Positions 21,040 through 29,777 of a DNA stretch of 48,506 nt are shown here, piece by piece. The notes beneath the pieces were generated by a model that was not told the origin of the DNA, searched no databases, and saw only the letters and a list, made by a program, of their open reading frames with translations. Origin of the DNA: a virus. The DNA lies in UHGV virus genome UHGV-0991693. One strand, given 5' to 3'. Numbering within the stretch: the stretch's first letter is position 1; each line of letters begins with the position of its first letter. The translations under genes were made by a program, and so were the position numbers.

Positions 21040-21120
21040 GCGGTTATTGTTTTATCTCGTATTTATGCTTTTGTAAATTTACACTGGACAAAGTATTCTA
21101 CATTTGTATATTATCTCTTC
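21040..21120 (+). promoter_or_regulatory. Candidate early-left promoter/operator region (PL-like)
   Basis: AT-rich island TTGTAAATTTACACTGGACAAAGTATTCTACATTTGTATATT containing ACAAA/TTTGT half-sites similar to those of the cI-cro region. Followed by a ~450-nt leader. Confidence 0.35.
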
Positions 21121-21576
21121 ACGACGAACGGGGAAGGCGAACACGGCGCGGCAACGGCCCGCCGAAAGCTGGAACCGGACGGAGGAAGCCCCAACAAGTA
21201 CGAGCTCGGCAAGCGCAAGCCTTTGGGAGCGGGAAGCACGCGACGGCAGGAAATGGGGTGATGTGAAGACAATCAGAGCGAAGAAGCCCCCCATTGAGGC
21301 GTTGTACCCGGAACTCCCGGCAAGGCGTCCAAACAAGGGCTGAGCATACACGGTTACGACACAAAGATCGGGCCGTGAAACGTGATGAAATACGAATTTT
21401 TACATCCGGGCGGTCAGTTGACTTTCTGACGATTCACCGCCCCGCATGAAAGGGAGCGCGAGAAATCGTACTCCCGAACCGTGCGATAATACATTCAGGC
21501 CGTGCGCTCCCATGCAGGGCTAAGCCCGGCTGGGCGCAGCGCAGTTTGGCAATCCAAAACAATGCAAGGAGTTTTT

Positions 21577-22167
21577 ATGTTTAACATCCATGTGACCATC
21601 GAGGGAACGACTCCCCTCCTCATGAACCGTTTCAGCGAAGAAAACGAGGTTAAGGTTTCCTCCGGGGTGTCCAAGGTTGCCGTAGGCACCAAGGGGACGC
21701 CGAGAGAACAGGCTGAAAAGAAGGCTTACAAGGATTCCAATGGGATGCTGTATATCCCCGGCCCAAACATCTTCGCTTGCATCATCCAAGCTGGGAAATA
21801 CCACAAGAACGGGAAATCCAAAGTCACAACGCTCAAAAGCAGCCTGATCCCTGCGGGTATGGCCCTGAGCGAAATCGTCTGTCCGCTCGGCACAAAGGAT
21901 TTTGAGGTGGACAGCCGCAGCGTGGTCATCCCCGCTACCGGGGGCCGCATCATGGCGCATCGCCCGCGCCTCGACGAATGGAGCCTGAGCTTCACCCTTG
22001 AAGTTGACGAGGACATGTTCTCAGCAGAGTTCGTCCGCCTTGTGGTTGACGACGCGGGCCGCAAGATCGGCCTGGGAGATTTCCGCCCCGACAGAAAGGG
22101 GCCATTCGGCAAGTTCGTCGTCACCGGATGGAAGGTCATCAAGGAAAAGTCGGGACGGGCTGCGTAG
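21577..22167 (+). CDS. Hypothetical protein, first gene of the early-left operon
   Basis: Start at MFNIHVTIEG with an AAGGAG RBS 6 nt upstream. 196 aa. No recognised family. Confidence 0.5.
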   Translation: MFNIHVTIEGTTPLLMNRFSEENEVKVSSGVSKVAVGTKGTPREQAEKKAYKDSNGMLYIPGPNIFACIIQAGKYHKNGKSKVTTLKSSLIPAGMALSEIVCPLGTKDFEVDSRSVVIPATGGRIMAHRPRLDEWSLSFTLEVDEDMFSAEFVRLVVDDAGRKIGLGDFRPDRKGPFGKFVVTGWKVIKEKSGRAA

Positions 22168-22233
22168 AGAAAATCTTCCTCAAGGAAAGGCTGGGCCGGG
22201 CACGGCGGGGCGGGGCGAGGCTTTGCTGGGCGA

Positions 22234-22256
22234 GGCTATGCATAGCAAGGCAAGGT
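22234..22256 (+). repeat. Direct repeat copy 1 (GGCTATGCATAGCAAGGCAAGGT) in a noncoding stretch
   Basis: 21/23 identical to the copy at 22398..22420. Followed by a perfect 10-bp stem hairpin at 22264..22286. Confidence 0.5.
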
Positions 22257-22397
22257 TACCAAAGGAGCCGGGACACTCCCGGCTCCGAACGGTATCCTTG
22301 AAATACCATGTGTCTCACACCGGGTATGGCAGTGCGGTGTGTGGCGCGGTACAGCACAGTGTTGTGTGGCTCAGTAACGCCATGCGCAGTTTGGTAG

Positions 22398-22420
22398 GGC
22401 TGTGCATAGCGAGGCAAGGT
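22398..22420 (+). repeat. Direct repeat copy 2 (GGCTGTGCATAGCGAGGCAAGGT)
   Basis: See copy 1. Followed by a terminator-like hairpin at 22473..22499. Confidence 0.5.
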
Positions 22421-22472
22421 GTGCGCGCCCCGGCGGGGATTGGCCCCGTCGGGTGCTTGCCTTGAATCATCG

Positions 22473-22499
22473 AAGCCCGGCGTAGTTCCGGGCTTTTTC
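22473..22499 (+). terminator. Intra-operon terminator-like hairpin (AAGCCCGG...CCGGGCTT + TTTTT)
   Basis: Stem-loop with T-run 45 nt upstream of the next ORF. Confidence 0.4.
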
Positions 22500-22546
22500 A
22501 TTGGTTCTGGGACTCCGGAACGAACTTTAACCAAGAGGATACAGCC

Positions 22547-22813
22547 ATGCGTAACCCCTACGAATATGAACCGGAAGATGAGCCCCACGTATGCGCAACC
22601 TGCGCCCGCTACTTCGAGAGCGACCAGCTGTGCAATATCTCTTCGGACATGGTGAAGGCCATCAAGGAACGGTTCGGCATCATGCTTGCCGATGCCGAGG
22701 TTGCCATCGACCCGAAGAAGATCACCGACTGCGAGGGATGGGTAAGCGCAGAACTTCACGACAGGTACGCGCTGTATCGGGACAAGTTGGAAAAGAGGAG
22801 GAACGCGGCATGA
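22547..22813 (+). CDS. Small hypothetical protein with a CxxC motif
   Basis: 88 aa. Acidic N-terminus. CATCARYFESDQLC. Confidence 0.4.
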   Translation: MRNPYEYEPEDEPHVCATCARYFESDQLCNISSDMVKAIKERFGIMLADAEVAIDPKKITDCEGWVSAELHDRYALYRDKLEKRRNAA

Positions 22814-23016
22814 ACGGCACCATCTTCTGCCCGCACTGCAAGCTCAAGTACGACAAGGCCGTGAGGCTCAGAAGGCACCGCGACTTCTGGATCTGCTCGT
22901 CCTGCGCGGAATACTACACCGCCGAGACGCTGGCCACGGCGTGCGAGAACGCCGCACGGTCGTTTCTGGCAAAGGCCAACTACCTTAAAATCATGGCACG
23001 GAGGGCGGCGGCATGA
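22810..23016 (+). CDS. Zinc-ribbon protein
   Basis: MNGTIFCPHCKLKY...WICSSCAEYY. ATGA overlap with the upstream gene. Confidence 0.4.
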   Translation: MNGTIFCPHCKLKYDKAVRLRRHRDFWICSSCAEYYTAETLATACENAARSFLAKANYLKIMARRAAA

Positions 23017-23285
23017 AGATCGACATCTGGAAAAGGCCGTGGCTGGCGGTGCTCCTCCTGTTCCTTTGCTTTCTGCTCGTGGGCTATTTTGAGCGGCAGG
23101 ATCAGGAACTCTTTGAACGAATGGCCCCGTTCACGGAGGCAATGCGATGAACTGGACGGACGACGCCTACGGCGAAGAACACGGCCCTTGGACGGACGAG
23201 GAACTGATGATCGCGGCGGGCAATGCCGCCTTTGCGCGAAACCGGCGCAAGCACACGGAAACGGAATAGTGCGGGGAGTAAGTAT

Positions 23286-24137
23286 ATGTGCGACACCCAC
23301 AGCGAACAGATCAACGAACTGGCGAAGGCCCTTGCCGCCGCGCAGGGAGAACTTGAGCCCGCAGAAAAAAACTCCACCGCCGCCGTCGGGAAGGAGGGAA
23401 AGCTCAAGCGCAAATACGCTGACCTGACGGCAATGATCGATGCCGTCCGCAAGGTGCTTCCGAAGCACGGCCTCTCCATCGCGCAGATTGTCCTCCCCTC
23501 GGAAGGGGTTGCGCACGTCAGGACGATGCTGATGCACGAGTCGGGGCAATGGCTGGCATCGGAATGCAGGATGCCCTACGACAACACGGGCTCCAAGAAC
23601 GCCATCCAGTCAATGGGCAGCGCCATCACCTACGCCCGGCGCTATTCCCTTTCGGCGCTGGTCGGCGTGGTGGCCGACGACGATGACGACGGGGAAGGCG
23701 CATGGAGGCGGGACGACGACCGGGAACCGCCCCGGCGTAACGCCCCCGAGCCCGCCCCGCAGTCCAAGCCCGAGCGCGTGGATCTCGCCGCCCTCGCCAA
23801 GGAGTTGAGCGAAGTGCGGGACGGTACGGGGTTCGTCGCCTGTTACAACCGCCATCGGATTACCGAGGGACACCCTGACTACGAGGCGGTCAAGAACATG
23901 TTCGGCAAGAAGCGCCGGGAGATCGAGGCCAAGGCCGAAGCCGGAACCCCGCCCGAATTCGTGCCGCTGGACGCCGTGATCGCCGCCTTTGAAGCGGCGG
24001 AAAGCGTAACCGCGCTCAAGGAGGCGGCAACCCGGCTCGGCATCCCCGAAAACCACCCGGCCAGTGAGGCCATCTACGCCGCCTACCGGGAACGGCAGCG
24101 CAAGATCGAAGCGCAGGACAAGGAATGCGCCGCGTAA
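23286..24137 (+). CDS. erf: ERF-family single-strand annealing protein (recombinase)
   Basis: KNAIQSMGSAITYARRYSLSALVG is the ERF superfamily signature. An SSB gene lies immediately downstream. Confidence 0.7.
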   Translation: MCDTHSEQINELAKALAAAQGELEPAEKNSTAAVGKEGKLKRKYADLTAMIDAVRKVLPKHGLSIAQIVLPSEGVAHVRTMLMHESGQWLASECRMPYDNTGSKNAIQSMGSAITYARRYSLSALVGVVADDDDDGEGAWRRDDDREPPRRNAPEPAPQSKPERVDLAALAKELSEVRDGTGFVACYNRHRITEGHPDYEAVKNMFGKKRREIEAKAEAGTPPEFVPLDAVIAAFEAAESVTALKEAATRLGIPENHPASEAIYAAYRERQRKIEAQDKECAA

Positions 24138-24194
24138 CAACAGCCCCGCCCTGATAATCAGGCGGGGCTTTTCTTTCCCTCAGCAGGAGATTGT

Positions 24195-24656
24195 ATGAGC
24201 AGCCTCAACAAGGTGATGATCATCGGAAGGCTCGGGCGCGATCCCGAGATGCGCTACACCCAGGCCGGAAAGCCCGTATGCAGTCTGAACGTGGCTACGG
24301 ATGAGGGCTACACCAACGACCGGGGCGAGAAGGTCGACAAGACGGAATGGCACAAGGTCGTCTTTTGGGACCGGCAGGCCGAAACCTGTTCGCAGTACCT
24401 CGCCAAGGGGAGCCTCGTGTTCATCGAGGGCAGGCTCTCCACCCGCAAGTATCAGGATCAGCAAGGGCAGGACCGCTACGTCACCGAGATTCAGGGGCAG
24501 CGCGTCCAGTTCCTCGACCGCAAGGCGGACGGCGACGGGCAACAGGGCCGACAGGGAGGCGGACGCCAGACACAGAGGCGGCACTCCGCCGACTATGAAG
24601 ACCTCGGCCCCGCCTTCCCTTCCGAAGCCTCCGGCCTCGATGACGTGCCTTTTTAG
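24195..24656 (+). CDS. ssb: Single-stranded DNA-binding protein
   Basis: OB-fold N-terminus MSSLNKVMIIGRLGRDPEMRYTQAGKPVCSLNVAT, a Gly/Gln-rich linker and the acidic tail DDVPF. Confidence 0.85.
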   Translation: MSSLNKVMIIGRLGRDPEMRYTQAGKPVCSLNVATDEGYTNDRGEKVDKTEWHKVVFWDRQAETCSQYLAKGSLVFIEGRLSTRKYQDQQGQDRYVTEIQGQRVQFLDRKADGDGQQGRQGGGRQTQRRHSADYEDLGPAFPSEASGLDDVPF

Positions 24657-24677
24657 GCAAAACCAATAGGATAGAAT

Positions 24678-25631
24678 ATGGCACAGACCGCAGAAATTCT
24701 GGAAGCCCTCCCGCCCGCGCAGGAGCAACCCGCCGGGCTCGCCCTGCTGGACCTGAACGTCACCGCGACGCCGTTGGTCATCACATGGGACAAGGACGCC
24801 GTGTCCACGCTGTTGGATACCGTCCTAGCCCAGTATGCGGGGCTGGAGGTACAGGAAGCCGACGTGCCCGCCATCAAAAACGAAATGGCGGGGCTGAACA
24901 GGCTCAAGGAACGGATGGACAACGCCCGGAAGGACATTAAGCGGCGGATTGCCGGGCCGCTGGACGGGTTCGACGCCGAGGTCAAGGCGCTGATCGCCCG
25001 CATCGTGGATGCCCGCATCGCGCTGGACATGCAGGTCAAGGACTTCGAGCGGCGCGACCGTGAAGGCCGGCGCGCAGCCGTCCAGTGTGTCGTCGACAAC
25101 ATCAAGAGCTGTGAAGGCGTGCCGGAACTGGACATCCCCATCAACCCTTCATGGCTGAACAAATCCACGAGGCAAGCCGAGATCCACGAGGATATCAAAC
25201 GGATCATCGCCGCATACAAGCGGGAGTGCGAAGAAACCCGCCGGATGGAACAGGCCAAAGCCGACCGCATCGCGCTGGTGGAGGCCACGGCAAAGGCTCA
25301 GGCGGAACAACACGGTTTCGCGCTTCCCCTGTCGAAGTTTGCGGCCTGCCTGACGCCGGACATTTCCGGGGAGGACGCCGCGGGCATCATCAGGCAGGTA
25401 TATGCGGCGGAAGCCAAGGCCCGCGAAGAGAGCAGGCCCACCCCCGTCGTCAAACCTGCGGAGCCGCGCCCCGATTCGTTCATTGAGCAGGAGGAGGGCT
25501 TTCCCTTCGCCCCGCCCGTGAACGTGGCTTGTACCCTGACCCTCAGCGTCAAGTACGCGCCGAAGTACGAGGATACCGTACAGGAGGCCCTTGCCCTGCT
25601 CCGCACGGTCGGCGTGGTCACAGTTTTCTAA
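24678..25631 (+). CDS. Hypothetical protein of the recombination module (possibly DUF1351-like)
   Basis: 317 aa, coiled-coil rich, directly after ssb. Confidence 0.35.
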   Translation: MAQTAEILEALPPAQEQPAGLALLDLNVTATPLVITWDKDAVSTLLDTVLAQYAGLEVQEADVPAIKNEMAGLNRLKERMDNARKDIKRRIAGPLDGFDAEVKALIARIVDARIALDMQVKDFERRDREGRRAAVQCVVDNIKSCEGVPELDIPINPSWLNKSTRQAEIHEDIKRIIAAYKRECEETRRMEQAKADRIALVEATAKAQAEQHGFALPLSKFAACLTPDISGEDAAGIIRQVYAAEAKAREESRPTPVVKPAEPRPDSFIEQEEGFPFAPPVNVACTLTLSVKYAPKYEDTVQEALALLRTVGVVTVF

Positions 25632-25705
25632 TCCTCCGGCGCCCACCTCTCGCGCCGTCCCCATAGAGCCCGCCGGGGGGCATGTACCCCGGCAAAGGAC
25701 TTTTC

Positions 25706-25942
25706 ATGAGTCAGGAACAACAGGACGCCACGGATTACGTCCGCGTCACCCTCACCATCCATGAGTTCTCCGAAGACGGCGAATGCTGCATCGTCTCGGA
25801 CAAACACGGCCACGGTACGGAACTCTCTACCGACGCCTTCCTGCATGACGCCGAGGACATAGACGTCGGCGACACCATCGCCTGCGACATCCTGCGCGAG
25901 GCGTGGGAAGACACCGGGCTCACCCCGGACGATGCGGGGTGA
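25706..25942 (+). CDS. Small acidic hypothetical protein
   Basis: Start at MSQEQQDAT. 78 aa. Confidence 0.35.
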   Translation: MSQEQQDATDYVRVTLTIHEFSEDGECCIVSDKHGHGTELSTDAFLHDAEDIDVGDTIACDILREAWEDTGLTPDDAG

Positions 25943-26633
25943 GCATGACGTGCGCGCCTGCGGGCGGGAAAACATCGAGGTGCTGGTGGATCTCACCGAT
26001 GAACAGCTCCTTGATCTGGGCTCCGAAATGGCGGACGCCCTGCGCGAACGCGACAAGCTGGAAACGGAACTGCTCGCCGTGAAGAAGGACTACAAGGCAC
26101 GCATCGACCTTTCCGTCTCCAAGGCTGCGGAAGCGGCAGCGGAATACCGTTCCGGCAAACGGTTTGAAACCGTCTCCTGCGACCGCTTTGAAGATCGGAC
26201 GACGATGGAGGTCGTATGGTGCGATTCCGTGACGGGCAAGGAAATCAGCCGACGCCCGATGACCGCCGAGGAGCGGCAGCACCGCCTTGAACTCGTCACC
26301 CCGGACAAGCCCGCGGACAACGGCGAAGGCCGGGCGGAAGTGCTCACCTTGCCCGCGCCGCCCGCCGCCAACGCCCGCACCTGTCTGTCGTGCCGATACC
26401 TTTCCGCTGACGGCACGGAAAAGGCCGAGCCCTGCATGGCCTGCGCACAGGCAAACGGCGGCGATGCCGACAATTGGGAACCGCGCCGCGAGTGCAAGAC
26501 CTGCGCCCACGTCACCAGCACCGTGGACGGCTTCCCCTGCGGCGGGTGCAGCCTGAACCCCGATCCCGGACACGGCGGCGACGAGGACCGCTGGACATGG
26601 AAGGATGCCCCGAAGGAGGGAATACCGTGCTGA
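25932..26633 (+). CDS. Hypothetical protein with an N-terminal coiled coil and a C-terminal cluster of four CxxC motifs
   Basis: CLSC, CMAC, CKTC, CGGC. Confidence 0.4.
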   Translation: MRGEHDVRACGRENIEVLVDLTDEQLLDLGSEMADALRERDKLETELLAVKKDYKARIDLSVSKAAEAAAEYRSGKRFETVSCDRFEDRTTMEVVWCDSVTGKEISRRPMTAEERQHRLELVTPDKPADNGEGRAEVLTLPAPPAANARTCLSCRYLSADGTEKAEPCMACAQANGGDADNWEPRRECKTCAHVTSTVDGFPCGGCSLNPDPGHGGDEDRWTWKDAPKEGIPC

Positions 26634-26664
26634 CCAGAGAACAATCTCCAAACGGAGCCTGACC

Positions 26665-26862
26665 ATGTCCGGCTACGACGACCCGAACCGCCCGGAATGG
26701 ACCGGCAAGCGCAAGGCAAAGAACTTCGCCCGCATCAACGCCGCCTGCAAGGGGCTGAAAACCTCCGGCGGCAAACCGCCGACGGAATGCCCCAAGTGCG
26801 GCACAAGCCACAAGTTCGCGGCCTGCCCCGTGTGCGGGTGCCCGCGACCGAAGAAGAGATAG
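26665..26862 (+). CDS. Small zinc-ribbon protein
   Basis: Start at MSGYDDP. CPKCGTSHKFAACPVCGC. Confidence 0.4.
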   Translation: MSGYDDPNRPEWTGKRKAKNFARINAACKGLKTSGGKPPTECPKCGTSHKFAACPVCGCPRPKKR

Positions 26863-26870
26863 CACCCCAC

Positions 26871-26898
26871 GCCCCGCCCTCCCCCGGCGGGGCTTTTC
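26871..26898 (+). terminator. Terminator-like hairpin within the early-left operon
   Basis: GCCCCGCC...GGCGGGGC followed by TTTTC. Confidence 0.45.
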
Positions 26899-26926
26899 AT
26901 ACCCCACCATCATACTGGAGAACATC

Positions 26927-27103
26927 ATGAACACTGTTGGCGAACTGATTTCTGAACTGGAATCCTTTCCCCCTGAAACGCCTGTCGTCCACCACGACGA
27001 CGAGGAAGGCAACACGGTATCTAAGGTTTCCATCGGCTTCATGACGGACGGAGACGGCGACCCCGTGTGTGTCATCCTCTTTCCTGGCGAAGAGATTGAA
27101 TGA
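26927..27103 (+). CDS. Small acidic protein of 58 aa
   Basis: Hand-translated MNTVGELISELESFPPETPVVHHDDEEGN... Confidence 0.3.
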   Translation: MNTVGELISELESFPPETPVVHHDDEEGNTVSKVSIGFMTDGDGDPVCVILFPGEEIE

Positions 27104-27208
27104 CGAAATGGGAAAGGCGGCTCACTCTCGCGTGGGTCGCCTTCTTTCTTTGGACAATCTGGATGGTGTGCAGGGGCGCGGCTGCATGAACAACGCGCGG
27201 GGTGAAAT

Positions 27209-27550
27209 ATGCTGACGGAACAGGAAAGGAAGTGGCTGGAGGAGCGGAAGAAACGCACCCAACATTGTGATACTTGTCCGAATCGGGTTGGCTATTATGA
27301 ACTGTGCTCTTCTTGTCGTTCCAGAAGTTTGTACGGGCTGTCTCTTTGTCCAGACTACCGCGACGCCGCCGAATTCGAGGCGAGGGTATCACGATATATC
27401 GCTGAGAACGCATCAGAACTAGATTTTAGTTCTAATAACTGGCAGTTCTTTGATGGTTTCAAAGCCAAAAGCCTAGCGTGGTACGTCCTGCGGGAAGCGC
27501 GTATCGCCGTTGAAGAGGAGATGGACGAATGCCTGAGCCCCAGATTGTAA
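27209..27550 (+). CDS. Cys-rich hypothetical protein
   Basis: HCDTCPNRVGYYELCSSCRS. Lower-GC segment. Confidence 0.4.
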   Translation: MLTEQERKWLEERKKRTQHCDTCPNRVGYYELCSSCRSRSLYGLSLCPDYRDAAEFEARVSRYIAENASELDFSSNNWQFFDGFKAKSLAWYVLREARIAVEEEMDECLSPRL

Positions 27551-27810
27551 TCGTGGTCAACTCCCTCACAGAGGCCCACAAGCTCGAACGGGAACTTGTG
27601 CGGGATAGGCAGAATGCATGTGGCTACAGGCCGCGTCAAAAGGATGAGTGCAGGTTTTGCAAGCACGTGGGGCGCTACTCCAGCTACACATACCAAACAA
27701 CCTACTTTTGCGACTTACACAATTTTTGTGTAGCTGCACGAGGGATATGCAACGACTTTGAAACAAATATACCGGGGGAACGAACCAATGACAGCGCAGG
27801 AGTGGCTTGA
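27529..27810 (+). CDS. Cys-rich hypothetical protein
   Basis: CGYRPRQKDECRFCKH...CDLHNFC. Confidence 0.35.
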   Translation: MPEPQIVIVVNSLTEAHKLERELVRDRQNACGYRPRQKDECRFCKHVGRYSSYTYQTTYFCDLHNFCVAARGICNDFETNIPGERTNDSAGVA

Positions 27811-28171
27811 CGAACTGGAGCGGCTTAGGAAGGCGGCAACACCGGGGCCGTGGATATGCAAAGAAGGTGAAGGCTTTGATGAAGATGACGCATGTATCAC
27901 TGCCGAAGAACGTGAAGGGATGATCGACATTGCGAAAATCGAACGAGGTAGTCCAAATGCCGGAATGGATGAGCCATTCCAAAGTGAGCAAACCGCCAAC
28001 GCCGCCTACATCGTCGCCGCGTGCAACGCCGTGCCGATGCTGGTGGAGATGCTCAGGATTGCTGTGAGTCTTATTGAAGCTCAGAATGCACAGAGAGCAC
28101 GCAAAGGAGAAAGAATACCTGTGAGCGACGTGATGCAGTTGCTTTTTACCATGACGGAGCCGAAAGAATGA
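27758..28171 (+). CDS. Hypothetical protein
   Basis: 137 aa. The start may be the internal MTAQEWL. Confidence 0.35.
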   Translation: MKQIYRGNEPMTAQEWLDELERLRKAATPGPWICKEGEGFDEDDACITAEEREGMIDIAKIERGSPNAGMDEPFQSEQTANAAYIVAACNAVPMLVEMLRIAVSLIEAQNAQRARKGERIPVSDVMQLLFTMTEPKE

Positions 28172-28944
28172 AAAATACCATCCGGCAGTATTCACTGCCC
28201 GGATACGAACTGCGCGACTATACAACCGAGGCGATAGCCTTCCTGCGGGAGAAAGAACCGCCGGAAGGCTTTTTTGTCGGGTTCAGCGGCGGTAAAGACT
28301 CTATCGTGTCTCTTGAGTTATGCCGCATAGCAGGGGTCAAATATCAGGCGTTTTACTCGTGCACCCGCATCGATCCGCCGGAAGTCGTACGCTTCATCCG
28401 GCAGCACTACCCCGAAGTGACATGGTTATACCCAAAAATGACGATGTGGGATGGGATCAAAAAAAAGTGTCCACCGCTGCGAACGGCCCGTTGGTGCTGT
28501 GACGTTCTGAAAAAAGAACCGGCGCGGCTTCATCCCCTCAAGCATCGAATTATGGGCATACGCGCCGAAGAAAGTGTACGCCGAGCATCACGCCCCAGAA
28601 TTGCGATGTTCAATGGGCAGACGACATATAAGCCGATTTTTGCATGGCCAGAATGGGCCGTATGGGAGTTCATCGAAAGCCGAAAATTGCAATACCCTTC
28701 ACTGTATGACGAGGGATTTCACCGAATTGGCTGTGTAGTATGCCCATTTATTCTTGGCAAAGCTCCGGGGGCTACACGACAGCGTGAAGAATCCATGCGA
28801 CGCTGGCCGGGAATCTGGAAAGTCTTTGAGCGAACCGTGAAAACGTGGTGGATGCGCAAAAAAGAGGATGGGAATCTACGTAATGACAATAAATACAAAA
28901 CTTCATCTGATTATTGGCAGGCATACCTGAGAGGTTTTGAATGA
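28168..28944 (+). CDS. PAPS-reductase-like PP-loop ATP pyrophosphatase family protein (DndC/IbrA-like); candidate DNA or nucleotide modification enzyme
   Basis: PP-loop FVGFSGGKDSIVS. C-terminal Cys cluster CC...CVVCP. 258 aa. Confidence 0.6.
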   Translation: MKNTIRQYSLPGYELRDYTTEAIAFLREKEPPEGFFVGFSGGKDSIVSLELCRIAGVKYQAFYSCTRIDPPEVVRFIRQHYPEVTWLYPKMTMWDGIKKKCPPLRTARWCCDVLKKEPARLHPLKHRIMGIRAEESVRRASRPRIAMFNGQTTYKPIFAWPEWAVWEFIESRKLQYPSLYDEGFHRIGCVVCPFILGKAPGATRQREESMRRWPGIWKVFERTVKTWWMRKKEDGNLRNDNKYKTSSDYWQAYLRGFE

Positions 28945-29138
28945 CCATCACCCCCGAAGAACTCGACTACATCCGAACCGCCGCCATTGGCGACATGCTC
29001 GGAGACTCCAAGGCGCTCGACGAGATGGGGTCAGCGGCTACCATTTTCAGGCTGTGCCGGGAACTGGAACATGCCCAGAATGAAAAAACAGAACTGCAAG
29101 AAGTTGTCGTCCGTATTTACAAGGCACTAAAGGGATAA
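28941..29138 (+). CDS. Small hypothetical protein
   Basis: 65 aa. ATGA-type overlap with the upstream gene. Confidence 0.35.
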   Translation: MTITPEELDYIRTAAIGDMLGDSKALDEMGSAATIFRLCRELEHAQNEKTELQEVVVRIYKALKG

Positions 29139-29291
29139 AAATGATATGAACCCAACAAAAGAAGAGCGCGACCAGTGGCGCGAAAGACTGTCATCACCAT
29201 ACACATGCTTTGATGCGGCCCATGCGGACTTCACCATCCGGCTACTTCGTGGAGAAAATATGCCCCCAACCAAAAGAGCTAGGAGAAGTGA

Positions 29292-29777
29292 ATGAGTACG
29301 TTGACGTTGAATCTGAGTGAGAAGCTGGTGAAGAACATCATCGAGAGTGATGCCAGTGTGAAGGCCGAGATCGACGCCTTGGTCATCGACAAGGCCGCGA
29401 AGAGTTACCTCACCAAGGGTATCGAAAAGCGCGTTGAACGGATGATAAAGAACGATCTGTCCGACGCCGTAAATAAAGCTATTGAAAAGTACATTCAAAG
29501 CGGCGCATTCGGGCTGAACCACTATAGCACCATCAAAGAGGTCCTGTACGACAGGATTGCTTCTTTGGTAGATGCCGAGGTTGAAAAGAGAATTAGAAAG
29601 TGCATCGAGGAATATGCTGAGGTCAAGATCAAAGAACTTGTCGATACCAGATTGGGTAAAGAGAGTGATACGATTCTTTCATACATTGATCGTGTCATAG
29701 AATTTAAGATCAACAGCATCATCGCCGGATTGATGGATATGAGAAAGAAGGAAGGTGGGGCATGTGTGAAGGACTGA
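29292..29777 (+). CDS. Alpha-helical hypothetical protein (lower GC)
   Basis: 161 aa, Lys/Glu-rich. Confidence 0.4.
   Translation: MSTLTLNLSEKLVKNIIESDASVKAEIDALVIDKAAKSYLTKGIEKRVERMIKNDLSDAVNKAIEKYIQSGAFGLNHYSTIKEVLYDRIASLVDAEVEKRIRKCIEEYAEVKIKELVDTRLGKESDTILSYIDRVIEFKINSIIAGLMDMRKKEGGACVKD

Noticed and set aside
21104-21364. Small ORFs in the early-left leader (21104..21343 plus, 21079..21351 and 21119..21364 minus)
   Set aside because: Arg/Pro-rich low-complexity translations without RBS in a GC-rich leader. More likely noncoding.
22234-22420. CRISPR-like array
   Set aside because: Only two copies of a 23-bp repeat 164 bp apart, with no regular spacing or further repeats.
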